The notes: generated from the sequence alone by a model not told the origin. 64,000 nucleotides of DNA from Patescibacteria group bacterium (GCA_035946335.1 DASYZL010000006.1:1772-65771); one strand, 5' to 3'. Shown: positions 39,841 through 50,109, counted from the first letter of the stretch. A program made the numbers and translations.

Positions 39841-40830
39841 TTAAAAATTATTTCTCGCTCTGTACATCGCTCCTCTGGTTGCCCCGACTTTTAGTATGTA
39901 TCCTTCTTTTTGCAGTTGTTGTAAATCATATCGTAATGTTCTCTCCGGTACCTTAAGGAAACGGCGCTTTATGCTATCTAGTGACAATATCTGCTGCTCG
40001 CGAATTAGCAGGAGTAATTCATTCCGTCGTGGTAGTAACATATCTTCTTTATTAAAACGACCACGATGAATAAGTTGTGTCACCTGTTCTGAAGACTGGA
40101 ATAAAACTTCCAGCATAAATTCTGTAAATGCTGTTGGATCTGCTGTATCAAGATTTCCATAGTATTCACTTTTACGTTCATTCAAAATTTCTTCAAATGA
40201 AAGCAACCAGTGAAAATGATACGCTTCTTTCGCGAGAATTGTTTGCAGCAGTAATCTCCCAACCCTGCCATTTCCATCTAAAAACGGATGAATTTTTTCA
40301 AACAGAAAATGAGAAAGAATTGCTCTGATTGGAATATTTTGCTCGGTCTCGCTATTAATAAATTGAATCAGTTGCTCAAGTAAGATAGGGATGTCAGACG
40401 GTGGTGGCGCAACATAGACAGCAAAACCTGCCTCATTAAAAATGGCGCTGGGTTCCATGCGCAATTTACCTAGATTTGCTTTTTCAGCAAGGTCTTTCAT
40501 GACAAAACCATGGAGTTGCAAGATAAAATCCCTGTTTATCGATGGATTTTGCGTATGCTGCAAAAATGAAAATGCTCGTAAAATATTTACTACTTCTAAT
40601 TGTTCTTTTGCTGATGTATTTTCTGGTAATTGCTCTGCTTGAGAAAGGGTCATGGTATTACCTTCAATAGCGGCTGAAAAAAGAGAACTTTTTAACAGTG
40701 ACTTGCGCCGGAAATTATCAATAATTTCCTCAGGAATGCTATTTTCTCTTAGCAACAACTTGTTTGCTTCAATCTTTGCAAATGTTCGAAGCATTGCGGG
40801 AGTTAAAGTGTATGATGGAGGAATTACCAT
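39841..40830 (-). CDS. Fic family protein with C-terminal HTH
   Basis: HPFLDGNGRVGR; inhibitory SAAIEGN; ERTLRYDL. Confidence 0.93.
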   Translation of the reverse strand: MVIPPSYTLTPAMLRTFAKIEANKLLLRENSIPEEIIDNFRRKSLLKSSLFSAAIEGNTMTLSQAEQLPENTSAKEQLEVVNILRAFSFLQHTQNPSINRDFILQLHGFVMKDLAEKANLGKLRMEPSAIFNEAGFAVYVAPPPSDIPILLEQLIQFINSETEQNIPIRAILSHFLFEKIHPFLDGNGRVGRLLLQTILAKEAYHFHWLLSFEEILNERKSEYYGNLDTADPTAFTEFMLEVLFQSSEQVTQLIHRGRFNKEDMLLPRRNELLLLIREQQILSLDSIKRRFLKVPERTLRYDLQQLQKEGYILKVGATRGAMYRARNNF

Positions 40831-40921
40831 AACTTACCAAATATTACCACATATTGCCCGATATCGCCAGAAAGAAGATTTGGAGTTACGTATGAAATTA
40901 CTGGCTATAAGTAAATGTAGT

Positions 40922-41812
40922 TTATGCTTTCCTCTTCTCAGGAAATTCCTGCCACACAACGAGAAGTGGTGCGGCATTAAAAATAGAAGAATATGTTCCT
41001 GAAATAACACCAATAAGAAGCGCTGCGACAAACCATGTCGTACTTTCTCCACCAAATAACAAAAGCGCCAGAAGTACAAGGATAACAGTCATTGATGTGT
41101 TTAGTGAACGCGTCATTGTCTGACTGATTGAAGCATTTACCGTGTCGGCAAAGTGGCTACCACCAAGTTTCGTCAGATTTTCGCGAATCCTGTCAAAAAC
41201 GACAATTGTATCATGTACAGAAAATCCAATGACAGTAAGTGTTGCTGTAATGAACAAACTGTCAACTTGTACACCGAGAAAGTGCCCAAGTAAAGAGAAA
41301 ACGCCGAGTAAAACAAATGCATCATGTAAGAGCGCGATGATGGCACAAATACCAAAACGCCAACTGCTTGCAGGTTTGGGGACTTTCCGGAAAGACAAAC
41401 CAATATACAGAACAATTAATACTGAAGCAAGTGAAACACCAAGAAGCGCATTGGTTGTTGTTTCGCTCCCGATCGTCGGACCGACAGTAATAAATTCATT
41501 TTCCTGAAATGGTCCTGTTTGAGCATACATTATCTGTAACAGCGTTGTATGCTGCGCATCGGTTAATGGTTTTGTTTTTATTGTCACCTGCTGTCCCTGC
41601 TGTGTAAGCGAGTAGACAGGCTCATGGATCTCAGTGAAAACGTGCTGAATTGTAGATATGCTGGGAGCTTTCCCATAGGCAAGGGAAATAACAGATCCAC
41701 CAGTAAAGTCAACAGACAGATTGAGTCCGAATAGTGCAAGGGAAATTATTCCCGGGATAATCACCAGCAGTGAGATTGCAAAGAAAATATTTCTGTATTT
41801 AATGATATTCAT
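40922..41812 (-). CDS. secF: protein translocase subunit SecF
   Basis: DFTGG, VGPTIG, HDTIVVFDRIRE. Confidence 0.96.
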   Translation of the reverse strand: MNIIKYRNIFFAISLLVIIPGIISLALFGLNLSVDFTGGSVISLAYGKAPSISTIQHVFTEIHEPVYSLTQQGQQVTIKTKPLTDAQHTTLLQIMYAQTGPFQENEFITVGPTIGSETTTNALLGVSLASVLIVLYIGLSFRKVPKPASSWRFGICAIIALLHDAFVLLGVFSLLGHFLGVQVDSLFITATLTVIGFSVHDTIVVFDRIRENLTKLGGSHFADTVNASISQTMTRSLNTSMTVILVLLALLLFGGESTTWFVAALLIGVISGTYSSIFNAAPLLVVWQEFPEKRKA

Positions 41813-43181
41813 AATTTTTTCTGTAAAATACCCGTATTAATGTTCTTGTCACAAAAATTGCTGAAAACATAGACATTAAAACTCCAATTGCCAATGTTAG
41901 CGCAAATCCCCGTACACTTCCTGTCCCAAATTTATATAAAATTGCGCTGGTAATTAATGTTGAGGCATTTGAATCGCGGATTGATGACCATGCGCGGGCA
42001 AATCCCAACTCAATTGCGCTTGTCAGTGACTTTCCGCTTTTTAACTCTTCCCTGGTTCGTTCAAAAATGAGAATATTTGCATCAACTGCCATGCCAATAG
42101 AAAGAATAAATCCGGCAATCCCTGCCAGAGTAAGTGTTACGGGAATTGCTTTAAAGATTGCTAAAACCAATAAGGTATAGAGTGTTAACGCTGCACTTGC
42201 AATGAAACCAAGCCGTTTATACAAGGTCACCATGAAAACAATGACAATGAAAAATCCGAGTATTCCTGCAAATAAACTTTGTTTTAATGCATTTTGCCCC
42301 AATGAAGCACCAATAGTTTGTGAAGAAAGGGGAGTTAATGATATCGGTAGTACACCCGCTTGTAATTCTATTGCGAGCCGATTAACCTGGTCAGTGGTGA
42401 AGTTACCATTAATGACCGCGTTGCCATTAGGTATAGCTTGACTGACGATCGGTGGCGCGGTGATAATTTCATTATCTAAAACCATTGCCAGAGGTTTCCC
42501 GACATTTCTCTTGGTAATATCGGCAAATTTTTTGGTTCCTTCACTATTGAAGATAAGCTGCACCTCAGGTTTTCCGGTTGTCGGATCAAATGTGGACGAT
42601 GCACTTTGCAAATCTTTACCGTTTAGATCTGTTTTGTGGGCATTGAGCCCAAGGGTTTGCGGTACCCCAAGCGGCAATGCTGATGCTGAAGCAACTGCTG
42701 ACCCGCTTGCTCCCTCTTCCCAAAAAGATAGCTGTGCTGTTGTGCCGACAAGTTGTTCGGCTTGCTGATTATTGACTCCCGGTAATTCCACAACAATCCG
42801 GTAATCATTATTTGTCGTAACGGTTTGAATAACCGGCTCTGAAATACCATAGAGGTTAACACGATTTTCCAGAACCGCCTGTGCACTTTGCAATGCACTA
42901 TCACGCTCAGAGGCAGGAATATTTTGCATATTCGCACGCAAGGTAATACTTGTTCCTCCTTGTAAATCAAGTCCTTCGCGGAAAACAAAGTCTTTATTCA
43001 CAACTGTTTGCCCAATGGTAAAATGCAATCCGAATCCCGGATAATTATTTATTGACACTTTTTTTCCGATAACAGGCAGCTGGTAAGAAAGATGCAGGGG
43101 AAATTTCGGTAGATCTATAAGTACTACCAGAGAGGTAAGAACAATAATACACCACAAGGCAAAACGGGGATGAGTTCTCAT
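41799..43181 (-). CDS. secD: protein translocase subunit SecD
   Basis: GLDLQGG, IVVELPG, GMAVDANILIFER. Confidence 0.96.
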   Translation of the reverse strand: MRTHPRFALWCIIVLTSLVVLIDLPKFPLHLSYQLPVIGKKVSINNYPGFGLHFTIGQTVVNKDFVFREGLDLQGGTSITLRANMQNIPASERDSALQSAQAVLENRVNLYGISEPVIQTVTTNNDYRIVVELPGVNNQQAEQLVGTTAQLSFWEEGASGSAVASASALPLGVPQTLGLNAHKTDLNGKDLQSASSTFDPTTGKPEVQLIFNSEGTKKFADITKRNVGKPLAMVLDNEIITAPPIVSQAIPNGNAVINGNFTTDQVNRLAIELQAGVLPISLTPLSSQTIGASLGQNALKQSLFAGILGFFIVIVFMVTLYKRLGFIASAALTLYTLLVLAIFKAIPVTLTLAGIAGFILSIGMAVDANILIFERTREELKSGKSLTSAIELGFARAWSSIRDSNASTLITSAILYKFGTGSVRGFALTLAIGVLMSMFSAIFVTRTLIRVFYRKNYEYH

Positions 43182-43753
43182 GCGAGCAAACTTTCTTCGT
43201 CTCCTATAAGCATAATCCGCGCATCAACTAATATTTTTCCAAGGAACGGGTCATGGCGTTCTTTGCGAAATTGGAATTCATCTTCACTCATCACCGTGTA
43301 ATTTATTTCTCCGCCAATCCTCGCTTCTTCGTTACGAACAAGCAGGGATAACTCAGGGATAACAACAGTACCGACAATGAGAAAGTCAACATCGTCTGCA
43401 TATTTTTTATGTTCTTTCGCATACCTGCCTGCAAACATCGCATACTTTATTTTTCCAAGCTTCGCTCTGTTTTTCATGATTGCCCCACCAAGTCCTGTTG
43501 ATTTTACCGCAAGACGAAGTAAGTCCGGATAATATGAGTAAGACTTGGAAAGGAAATAGTAAACTCTATTTGCCCGCTTTTCTTTTTGTAGAATACCCCT
43601 TCCCTCAAGAAAAGAAAGTTCCCGTCTTACTGCGTTAATTTCATCGCCAGTTCTTCTGACAAGCTCTCTAACGTGAAACATTTCGTAGGGGTGTTCGAGA
43701 AAAACGCTGATGAGTTTAATGCGGGATTTTGATGTAATAAAGTCTGCTAACAT
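43178..43753 (-). CDS. winged-HTH + nucleotidyltransferase-like protein
   Basis: FHVRELVR..INAVRREL; DVDFLIVG, EINYTV. Confidence 0.8.
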   Translation of the reverse strand: MLADFITSKSRIKLISVFLEHPYEMFHVRELVRRTGDEINAVRRELSFLEGRGILQKEKRANRVYYFLSKSYSYYPDLLRLAVKSTGLGGAIMKNRAKLGKIKYAMFAGRYAKEHKKYADDVDFLIVGTVVIPELSLLVRNEEARIGGEINYTVMSEDEFQFRKERHDPFLGKILVDARIMLIGDEESLLA

Positions 43754-43789
43754 GTCACCAAGTATACACCATTCCGTTGTATTGAACAA

Positions 43790-44953
43790 CTATTGTACGC
43801 TGACAGTACCTTCCGGAGGAACAATCGTAAACCAAATAAGTCCTCTGTCAAAAGGGAATGGGGAACCATTCGCACTATATATAGTTAATTGCGCTGTCCT
43901 GCTAGCTTTTTTCCATGTCCCGTTTATTTGTTTCCCTTCCATAAAAATTGTCGCATTTCCTACTCCGATATCGTCGTAGAGCAAATGCTCATTGTTCAGA
44001 TAGCCATCAGAAGCATTTTCCTCTTTCATTTTTAAGATAACAAGCGTTGTTGCAGATAATTGTTTCTTTGTATCAAAATCAATGTATGGACTATTGTTCC
44101 CGTCAAAACGCTTGTAGGTATTACTCATAACGTCATATACCCAATTGACAAAATAATCGTTTTGATCCGGCCAGATCTGAACGGAAACTTTTTGCGTTGT
44201 TCCCTTTTGACTAGCTGGATCCTGGAAGGAATAGGGAACAAAATTTGCATCCCATGCTACTCCGTTTTTATCAACGTTCGTCAGTCCTCGACTCGTCTTT
44301 GCAAAATCCCAAAGTTTTGTTGTTGTTGAATACATGGTATGTTCTGTTGCAACGGTCTTCCCTGTTCGCGTGTAATCCCGCCAGAATGCCGGAAAACCAA
44401 TGGAAAACTGATTGAGATCATTATATCCAGCCCAACCATATTGTTCCAGCTGACCCAGCGCATCAGCAGGCCCAGCTGCATTCGCACCACCGACATGCGC
44501 ATATAATGGACTCGCACCAAATCCCGACGCAAAATCTATGAAATATGTCCGCGCAGAGCGAACAGGCCCGATTTCCGGTGCGTCCTGACAATAAAATAAA
44601 ACAGCAAATCGCGTGATACCACCCTCTGCTACTGCCTCAAAAACCTGATCAGCGTAGGATATACCTGATTGTGGCCGTGCATCAACAGAGTTTTCTATCA
44701 TGACAATAAGCGGGCGGTGTTGCTTCCACCACGCTTCCTGTTGTGTTGAATATTTTACACCATTCATAGGACAGGGTTGGGTTTTAGGGAGTGCGGGGTT
44801 AAACGCTACTGTTCCATTTGCGAGCTTTGTCGGAGGAACTGTCTGAATGAGTCTTGTGGGGGGGAAAACTGCAGAGAATATATACATTGATATTCCAGCA
44901 CTTACACCAAAAATTCCAACAGCAATGAGGGCAATCAGTGTTTGTTTTTTCAT
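43790..44953 (-). CDS. DUF3048 domain protein
   Basis: VMIEN..ARPQSG, EGGITRF, GPVRSAR. Confidence 0.88.
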   Translation of the reverse strand: MKKQTLIALIAVGIFGVSAGISMYIFSAVFPPTRLIQTVPPTKLANGTVAFNPALPKTQPCPMNGVKYSTQQEAWWKQHRPLIVMIENSVDARPQSGISYADQVFEAVAEGGITRFAVLFYCQDAPEIGPVRSARTYFIDFASGFGASPLYAHVGGANAAGPADALGQLEQYGWAGYNDLNQFSIGFPAFWRDYTRTGKTVATEHTMYSTTTKLWDFAKTSRGLTNVDKNGVAWDANFVPYSFQDPASQKGTTQKVSVQIWPDQNDYFVNWVYDVMSNTYKRFDGNNSPYIDFDTKKQLSATTLVILKMKEENASDGYLNNEHLLYDDIGVGNATIFMEGKQINGTWKKASRTAQLTIYSANGSPFPFDRGLIWFTIVPPEGTVSVQ

Positions 44954-45411
44954 TTTTTATCTAATATCTGCAAGGCTTGTTTTTCTTCGTCGGAAAGCTC
45001 ATGTTCTTTTCCTTTACCATTCTGTATTTGCTTGGCATACCAGCGTGTTCCTGCCCGGGAATACAAACCTGAAATGACAACGCCTGTGTTATTTCCATCA
45101 ACAAGTGTCAATATAAAACTTTGATCTCCCCCGGTATCTTTAAACGGATTAAACCGGAGGAGCCCAATACGCTGAATATGCAATTTGCTTTCTTGTTCTA
45201 TTGTATCACATCTCTTTTTAAGAATTTCAATAGCCTTTTTTGTATTACTCATTTCCTCCAATAATCCCTCAAGAATTGCCTGCAAAGACCGTTTATTGGT
45301 CGCTTTTACTAAGGTATTGTAATGCGATGAAAGCCGGACGACATACACTGTCACTAATGCAAGCCAAATGCATACAAAAACCCCTACCCCAACGAAGAGT
45401 CCGATGAGCAT
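44950..45411 (-). CDS. DUF4446 family protein
   Basis: TM, RFNPF.DTGGDQSF, YAK, LS.EE. Confidence 0.88.
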   Translation of the reverse strand: MLIGLFVGVGVFVCIWLALVTVYVVRLSSHYNTLVKATNKRSLQAILEGLLEEMSNTKKAIEILKKRCDTIEQESKLHIQRIGLLRFNPFKDTGGDQSFILTLVDGNNTGVVISGLYSRAGTRWYAKQIQNGKGKEHELSDEEKQALQILDKK

Positions 45412-45473
45412 AACTAGGCTTATCTTAGCCTCTTGACAGACTCTCTGTCAATAGTGTAACCTGAGCTATCAGC

Positions 45474-45740
45474 ATGGCTAAGCAAAGAAAAACAAAGGCG
45501 CAAAAAATTGCATCTGATGAACGAAAATCTCATGAACAAGTAATACAGTCAACTATGACATTTTCTCTTCCGCCCTCTTATGAAACACAAGTAAAACCCT
45601 CTTTGACCACATCAGTCCCAACACAATACAAAGACCTGCAGAAAACGCTCCTTGTTTCCGCTTTTATCACTGCATTTCAACTTATTCTTTTCTTTTTGCT
45701 AAAAACACATAGTATTACTGTTCCATCAGTACAGTATTAG
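45474..45740 (+). CDS. small membrane protein
   Basis: basic N-terminus, DLQKT followed by TM; divergent promoter upstream. Confidence 0.7.
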   Translation: MAKQRKTKAQKIASDERKSHEQVIQSTMTFSLPPSYETQVKPSLTTSVPTQYKDLQKTLLVSAFITAFQLILFFLLKTHSITVPSVQY

Positions 45741-45770
45741 CTATTGTGCTGAGAGGAGGTGAAATACCCT

Positions 45771-45914
45771 ATGGTAAGCATGTATTGCGTAAAATGCCGA
45801 GCAAAAAGAGACGTTGACAATCCAGAACACGTCACAATGAAAAATGGAAAACCAGCAATGAAAGCAAAATGTCCTGTTTGTGGTACAGGTATGTATAAAA
45901 TTGGATCAAAATAA
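45771..45914 (+). CDS. 47-aa zinc-finger protein (DUF5679-like)
   Basis: YCVKCR...MKNGKPA.KAKCPVCGT.MYKI; SD AGGAGGTGA; not in ORF track. Confidence 0.85.
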   Translation: MVSMYCVKCRAKRDVDNPEHVTMKNGKPAMKAKCPVCGTGMYKIGSK

Positions 45915-45931
45915 AAATATTTGGAAAACAG

Positions 45932-45963
45932 AAACTCCCGTAAACAATGAAAAGGGAGTTTTT
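45932..45963 (+). terminator. intrinsic terminator
   Basis: AAACTCCC...GGGAGTTTTT. Confidence 0.6.
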
Positions 45964-46048
45964 GTTTGGGAAAGTGAGAAAAATTTTCTGTTTCAGGAGC
46001 TTCTTCTCAAATACCAAAACAGTTCTTAAGCAATGATCTTTTCTTAAA

Positions 46049-46078
46049 AATATATCCCGCACCTGCGGGATATATTAG
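46049..46078. terminator. terminator-like hairpin
   Basis: AATATATCCCGC-ACCT-GCGGGATATATT downstream of the minus-strand gene. Confidence 0.6.
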
Positions 46079-46099
46079 ATAGCTCCGAGCAGATCAGAC

Positions 46100-46447
46100 T
46101 TACATACCAGGCATTGGCATTAATTCCAATACTTCAATTGTATTCCCATCCATCATAAAATGAGGGTGATCAGCAAGCAATACTTGAACTGCCTCCATAT
46201 CTTCAGCTTGAAGAATGGAATATCCTCCAATATGCGCTTTTGCTTTGGAACTTCCTGCTTTGGTAACGTGTATATCGTTACCCAATGGTGCTCCCTGATC
46301 AACGATTGCCATTCCTACTTTTTGAAACCAAGCCATCCAAGGCTCCATTCCTTTTTTCATTTCATCAGGGTTTGCGTTTTTCATTTGATCCTCTGCAGAA
46401 ACGTCGGACATATATAGCACTAAAAATTTTTTCATTTTCAATGGCAT
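46100..46447 (-). CDS. YCII-related protein
   Basis: KFLVLY, WMAWF, GGYSILQA, HPH, IEV. Confidence 0.8.
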   Translation of the reverse strand: MPLKMKKFLVLYMSDVSAEDQMKNANPDEMKKGMEPWMAWFQKVGMAIVDQGAPLGNDIHVTKAGSSKAKAHIGGYSILQAEDMEAVQVLLADHPHFMMDGNTIEVLELMPMPGM

Positions 46448-46526
46448 GAAACCGTTTCTCTATCGTATTCGTAATATACCATAAAACAATCGAAGTTTTT
46501 CTGTGTATTGGCTCATAAGCAATGTT

Positions 46527-47477
46527 CTATTTTGAGGTAATTTGCACTTCCTTAATTTTGTAATTTCGGAAAAATGTTACGGTAAATAAACTACCAGCCG
46601 GCCTCTGTCCAACTTCGCGGTTTAGGGAATCCACGCCGGAGATATGTTTATCGTTAACTTGAAAAATGAGATCTCCTTTTTGGAATCCGGCATTTTCTGC
46701 TGCGCTCCCCTTTTGCACGGAAAGTATTTCTACCATTGTTGGGAATGTAAGCTTGAATATTTTTTGGATTTGCACTGCGATTGATACTGTTTTTGCAGTA
46801 ATACCAAGTACACCCCGTTTTACCTTGCCAAATCGGATTAATTCACTAATAACCCACGTAGCGGTATTACTCGGTACTGCAAGACCAATGCCTTGTGCCA
46901 TCTGCATTATCGCGGTATTAATCCCTATAACTTTTCCCTGACTATCAACTAATGGACCCCCGGAATTTCCCGGGTTGAGTGAAGAATCTGTTTGAATGAC
47001 ATTTTCTATGAATTTCCCGTTCTGACTTTGCATGGTTCTTCCTAGAGCTGAAATGACTCCTGCTGAAACGGTACTTTGAAATCCGTATGGGTTTCCAATA
47101 GCAATGACGAGTTGTCCTACTCTCAGTTTTTCTGAATTACCAAGGCTTGCGAAGGGCAAACTATTGTCAAGAAGCCTGAGTAATGCAAGATCAGTAGTGG
47201 GATCTGTACCAATTAATTGACCATCATACGATTTTCCTGTTGTCAACGTCACTTCAGTTGCTTTAGCACCATGCACAACATGGTTATTCGTGAGAACAAA
47301 TCCATCAGGGGTAATAATAATACCCGAACCTATACCTTGACCTTCCCTGCTGTCTTTACTTACGAAGCTTTTGATTTGCACCACAGCCGGCCCTACTGTA
47401 TCTACTACATGGATAACAGCATTTGAGTAAGCGTCCAAAAGTTGGTCGTCATGTTCCTGTTCGCGTTTCTGATTCAT
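46527..47477 (-). CDS. HtrA/DegS-like serine protease with PDZ domain, no signal peptide
   Basis: GSG, TNNHVV, DLA, NPGNSGGPL; PDZ. Confidence 0.93.
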   Translation of the reverse strand: MNQKREQEHDDQLLDAYSNAVIHVVDTVGPAVVQIKSFVSKDSREGQGIGSGIIITPDGFVLTNNHVVHGAKATEVTLTTGKSYDGQLIGTDPTTDLALLRLLDNSLPFASLGNSEKLRVGQLVIAIGNPYGFQSTVSAGVISALGRTMQSQNGKFIENVIQTDSSLNPGNSGGPLVDSQGKVIGINTAIMQMAQGIGLAVPSNTATWVISELIRFGKVKRGVLGITAKTVSIAVQIQKIFKLTFPTMVEILSVQKGSAAENAGFQKGDLIFQVNDKHISGVDSLNREVGQRPAGSLFTVTFFRNYKIKEVQITSK

Positions 47478-47505
47478 GAGAACGTGTTCTCTGAGGGCTA
47501 TAAAC

Positions 47506-47554
47506 TTAGCAGTCGGAGTTAGGCTATGCTAACACTAGTTTTCGCTTCTGTCAA
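47506..47554 (-). promoter_or_regulatory. htrA promoter overlapped by a CIRCE-like HrcA operator
   Basis: TTGACA-17-TAGCAT; TTAGCAGTC-N9-CTATGCTAA (47506-47532) versus consensus TTAGCACTC-N9-GAGTGCTAA. Confidence 0.7.
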
Positions 47555-47568
47555 ATAGTTTTCATCCA

Positions 47569-47970
47569 CTATGTTGAAGTTTGCAGGGAATCGTCAAGTG
47601 AGTCAACCATCTGAAATAAACGATCCTTTGCAAAACGATTGCAAGACGAATCTTCTCGAATCATGTCTCTCACAGAATTAACAAGTACTCCTTTTTCGGG
47701 GAAGGTTAATTCAAACACCTCGGGAGGAAGGTAATATTTCTGTGAAGCTACATCAGTATCAAACTTTACGAATGCTTCTAGTGCTTGATCCTGTGTGAAA
47801 ACCTGCATGTCACAGCCTTCCCCCTTTCTCGTAAGTAAAACTACTTTGTCAGGTTGTTGCTCAAGATAACAAAATGCAACATATGTTACAGGGCTTGGAA
47901 ATGGAATACATATTTTTTGTAATATGCTTGTCCTATTTGGCAATGAACTGCTTAGCTTCTCTTGGTTCAT
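47569..47970 (-). CDS. hypothetical protein
   Basis: 133-aa ORF, no recognised motif. Confidence 0.55.
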   Translation of the reverse strand: MNQEKLSSSLPNRTSILQKICIPFPSPVTYVAFCYLEQQPDKVVLLTRKGEGCDMQVFTQDQALEAFVKFDTDVASQKYYLPPEVFELTFPEKGVLVNSVRDMIREDSSCNRFAKDRLFQMVDSLDDSLQTST

Positions 47971-48038
47971 GAGTAATTGATAGCACGACTATATCATAAG
48001 TTAGTAGAGAATTAGTAATGATGTTCTAAGAATTACAA

Positions 48039-48252
48039 ATATGGGTACAATTACACGAAGGTACAAAAGCGACCATCATCGAAAGACGTTTTTGTTAATT
48101 ATTAAATCTTTTCGTTTATTTCCGTTCTCCCATTTTTCAACGTGTTTTGAGGTCTAAAAACGGAAATGATGATAGAGGATTTAGATTGATAAGACAGCAT
48201 TTTCAAAAATCTTCATTGCCGAACTTGTACCTTTATGTGGTTTTATCCATAT
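48039..48252 (+). ncRNA. 6S RNA-like long rod with central bubble
   Basis: about 28-bp closing stem, asymmetric bubble, about 37-bp inner stem; many G-U pairs favour the + strand. Confidence 0.6.
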
Positions 48253-48483
48253 ATCTGATTAAAATGAAATTAAACTTTTTGTTCTTTGCTCTTCTTCTCG
48301 CTATATAATAAACAAAATGCATACAGAGAGAACTGGCATAAGTGCGAGGAACAGGAGAACAAATGGAGCATTACATACACTTATTCGCAGCATGGATCTT
48401 TGTATCCGCAATTTTTGCAAGACGCATCGCGGCTTCCTGGCATTTCCCCTATTAAAAAACCGCATTGTGGACAGGGCTGCATA

Positions 48484-50037
48484 TTATTTCCCCTGGTAAT
48501 GCACCAACCTATATATATCAACAACAACTACATGCTTTTTTTCTGCGATGTCAGCCCTGCCAAATCCTGCGATCTCCCATAAGGAATACCCCAATGGCCC
48601 ACATGGTACACTTTCACATACAACAATCAGCTGTTTGGTAACGGTTTTCCGTTGCGGATCTACTGACGGGTTTTCAATGGTTACTGGCGGGTGTCCCCAT
48701 ATTGTCAGAAAATACCGGTATGCATAATCTGAATTACCCCCGGTGATCAGGGCAAAATTGTACGGTTGGCTATGAGTCATCTGTAAAACATTCTGTGCAA
48801 TAATTTCTGTTTGTTGCAGTTGCTTATTTGCAGGATAACGGAATGGGACACCAGTAAGATTAATAGCAACGAGCACGAGGAGCAAAACAGTGGCAATACC
48901 TTTAACTACTAAGTTTTTCCTCAGCAGAAAACTGCCTACTTCCCCAACAAGGAAAAACGGCAAGGGAAATATAAATTCCAGATAGTAATCATAAATTGCT
49001 TTCCGGTAAAACCCGAACAGAATAACACCAAAGAAAAGCCATAAGACAAGTAAGCTATATTGCAGAAATTTGTCGGAACTGTTCCGATGTTTCCACAACA
49101 GGAATAACAGGTTTCCTGTTGCGACAATACCGACAACCCAAACCGCAACCATCCAAATAGCGAGAGTGGGAGTAATGGTTTTATACAAATCAGGAGAAGG
49201 AATGTTGAGAACAAGCCTTCCAAAAAGTCTATAAAAAACGTCAAGAAAATTCAGTGAAAATCCTGCTCCTGCACCTGCTTCTTTTGACATAAACACAAAC
49301 TGGAGAATGCTTCGGGTATTGGGGAAACCATGACGAGCTTCAAACGCCAAAAATGGCGACCAGCCAATGAGAAACCCGATAAGAAAAACAACATAGTTTT
49401 TTACTGTAAAAACAATTCCCTGGAGTATGTGCTTTTTTTGATACGAGAAGGCGATGAATATATATACAGCAATAACAACACCGATAAAAACTTCTATGTA
49501 GTGCAATTGCATTACAATACCATAGAGAATACCAACGCAAGCAAATAATCTCCATGAATCTTTTTTCACTGCTTTGTATGCGACAAACAATAACAGTAAA
49601 GTAAAAAAAGGCATAAGGTTCGGGTTCCATGAGGAACGTGCATAGGCAATCACCAGGGGAGAAATTGTATACAAGGTTGCCGCAATAAACCCTGTTGTTT
49701 TATTAAAAAACCGTTCGCCTACAAAGTATACTAACCATACTGTTGCAACGCCGAATAATGCAACCATGACAGCCGGACCCACTGGATCATACTGGAATAA
49801 CCATAAAAACGGAGCAATGAAATAGTAGTAAATAGGACCTAAGAAAAAACCACCAACTGACGCTGTGGGACCAAGGAGCGTCAAATGCCCGTGTAAAATA
49901 TTATATGCAATGAGTACGTCTCTCCCTTCATCACCAAGAAACGTCAGGTAATCACGAATATGATATAACCTGAGAAATGCGGCAAGAAGAAGCAGAAGAA
50001 AAAGAGAGATGTGAAAAGAAAATAGTTTTTTTATCAT
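48484..50037 (-). CDS. ArnT/PMT-like GT-C glycosyltransferase
   Basis: FLGDEGRD, GPIYYY, WNPN, QLH; many TM. Confidence 0.88.
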   Translation of the reverse strand: MIKKLFSFHISLFLLLLLAAFLRLYHIRDYLTFLGDEGRDVLIAYNILHGHLTLLGPTASVGGFFLGPIYYYFIAPFLWLFQYDPVGPAVMVALFGVATVWLVYFVGERFFNKTTGFIAATLYTISPLVIAYARSSWNPNLMPFFTLLLLFVAYKAVKKDSWRLFACVGILYGIVMQLHYIEVFIGVVIAVYIFIAFSYQKKHILQGIVFTVKNYVVFLIGFLIGWSPFLAFEARHGFPNTRSILQFVFMSKEAGAGAGFSLNFLDVFYRLFGRLVLNIPSPDLYKTITPTLAIWMVAVWVVGIVATGNLLFLLWKHRNSSDKFLQYSLLVLWLFFGVILFGFYRKAIYDYYLEFIFPLPFFLVGEVGSFLLRKNLVVKGIATVLLLVLVAINLTGVPFRYPANKQLQQTEIIAQNVLQMTHSQPYNFALITGGNSDYAYRYFLTIWGHPPVTIENPSVDPQRKTVTKQLIVVCESVPCGPLGYSLWEIAGFGRADIAEKKHVVVVDIYRLVHYQGK

Positions 50038-50109
50038 ACGTTCTGTAACCTGTTCAGGTTGACAGAGGAAAAACGTTCCGCATAGCTTGAAGCGTAATCA
50101 TAGAAGTAG

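Noticed and set aside
39841-40830. Fic protein as a novel toxin system
   Set aside because: Canonical self-inhibited Fic + HTH with no partner gene; common.
45433-45451. Palindrome TTGACAGACTCTCTGTCAA as an operator or mobile end
   Set aside because: Explained by overlapping -35 boxes of two divergent promoters.
48286-48582. Plus-strand ORFs of 98 and 60 aa after the 6S-like RNA
   Set aside because: No motifs, and they overlap the 3' end of the glycosyltransferase; not supportable.
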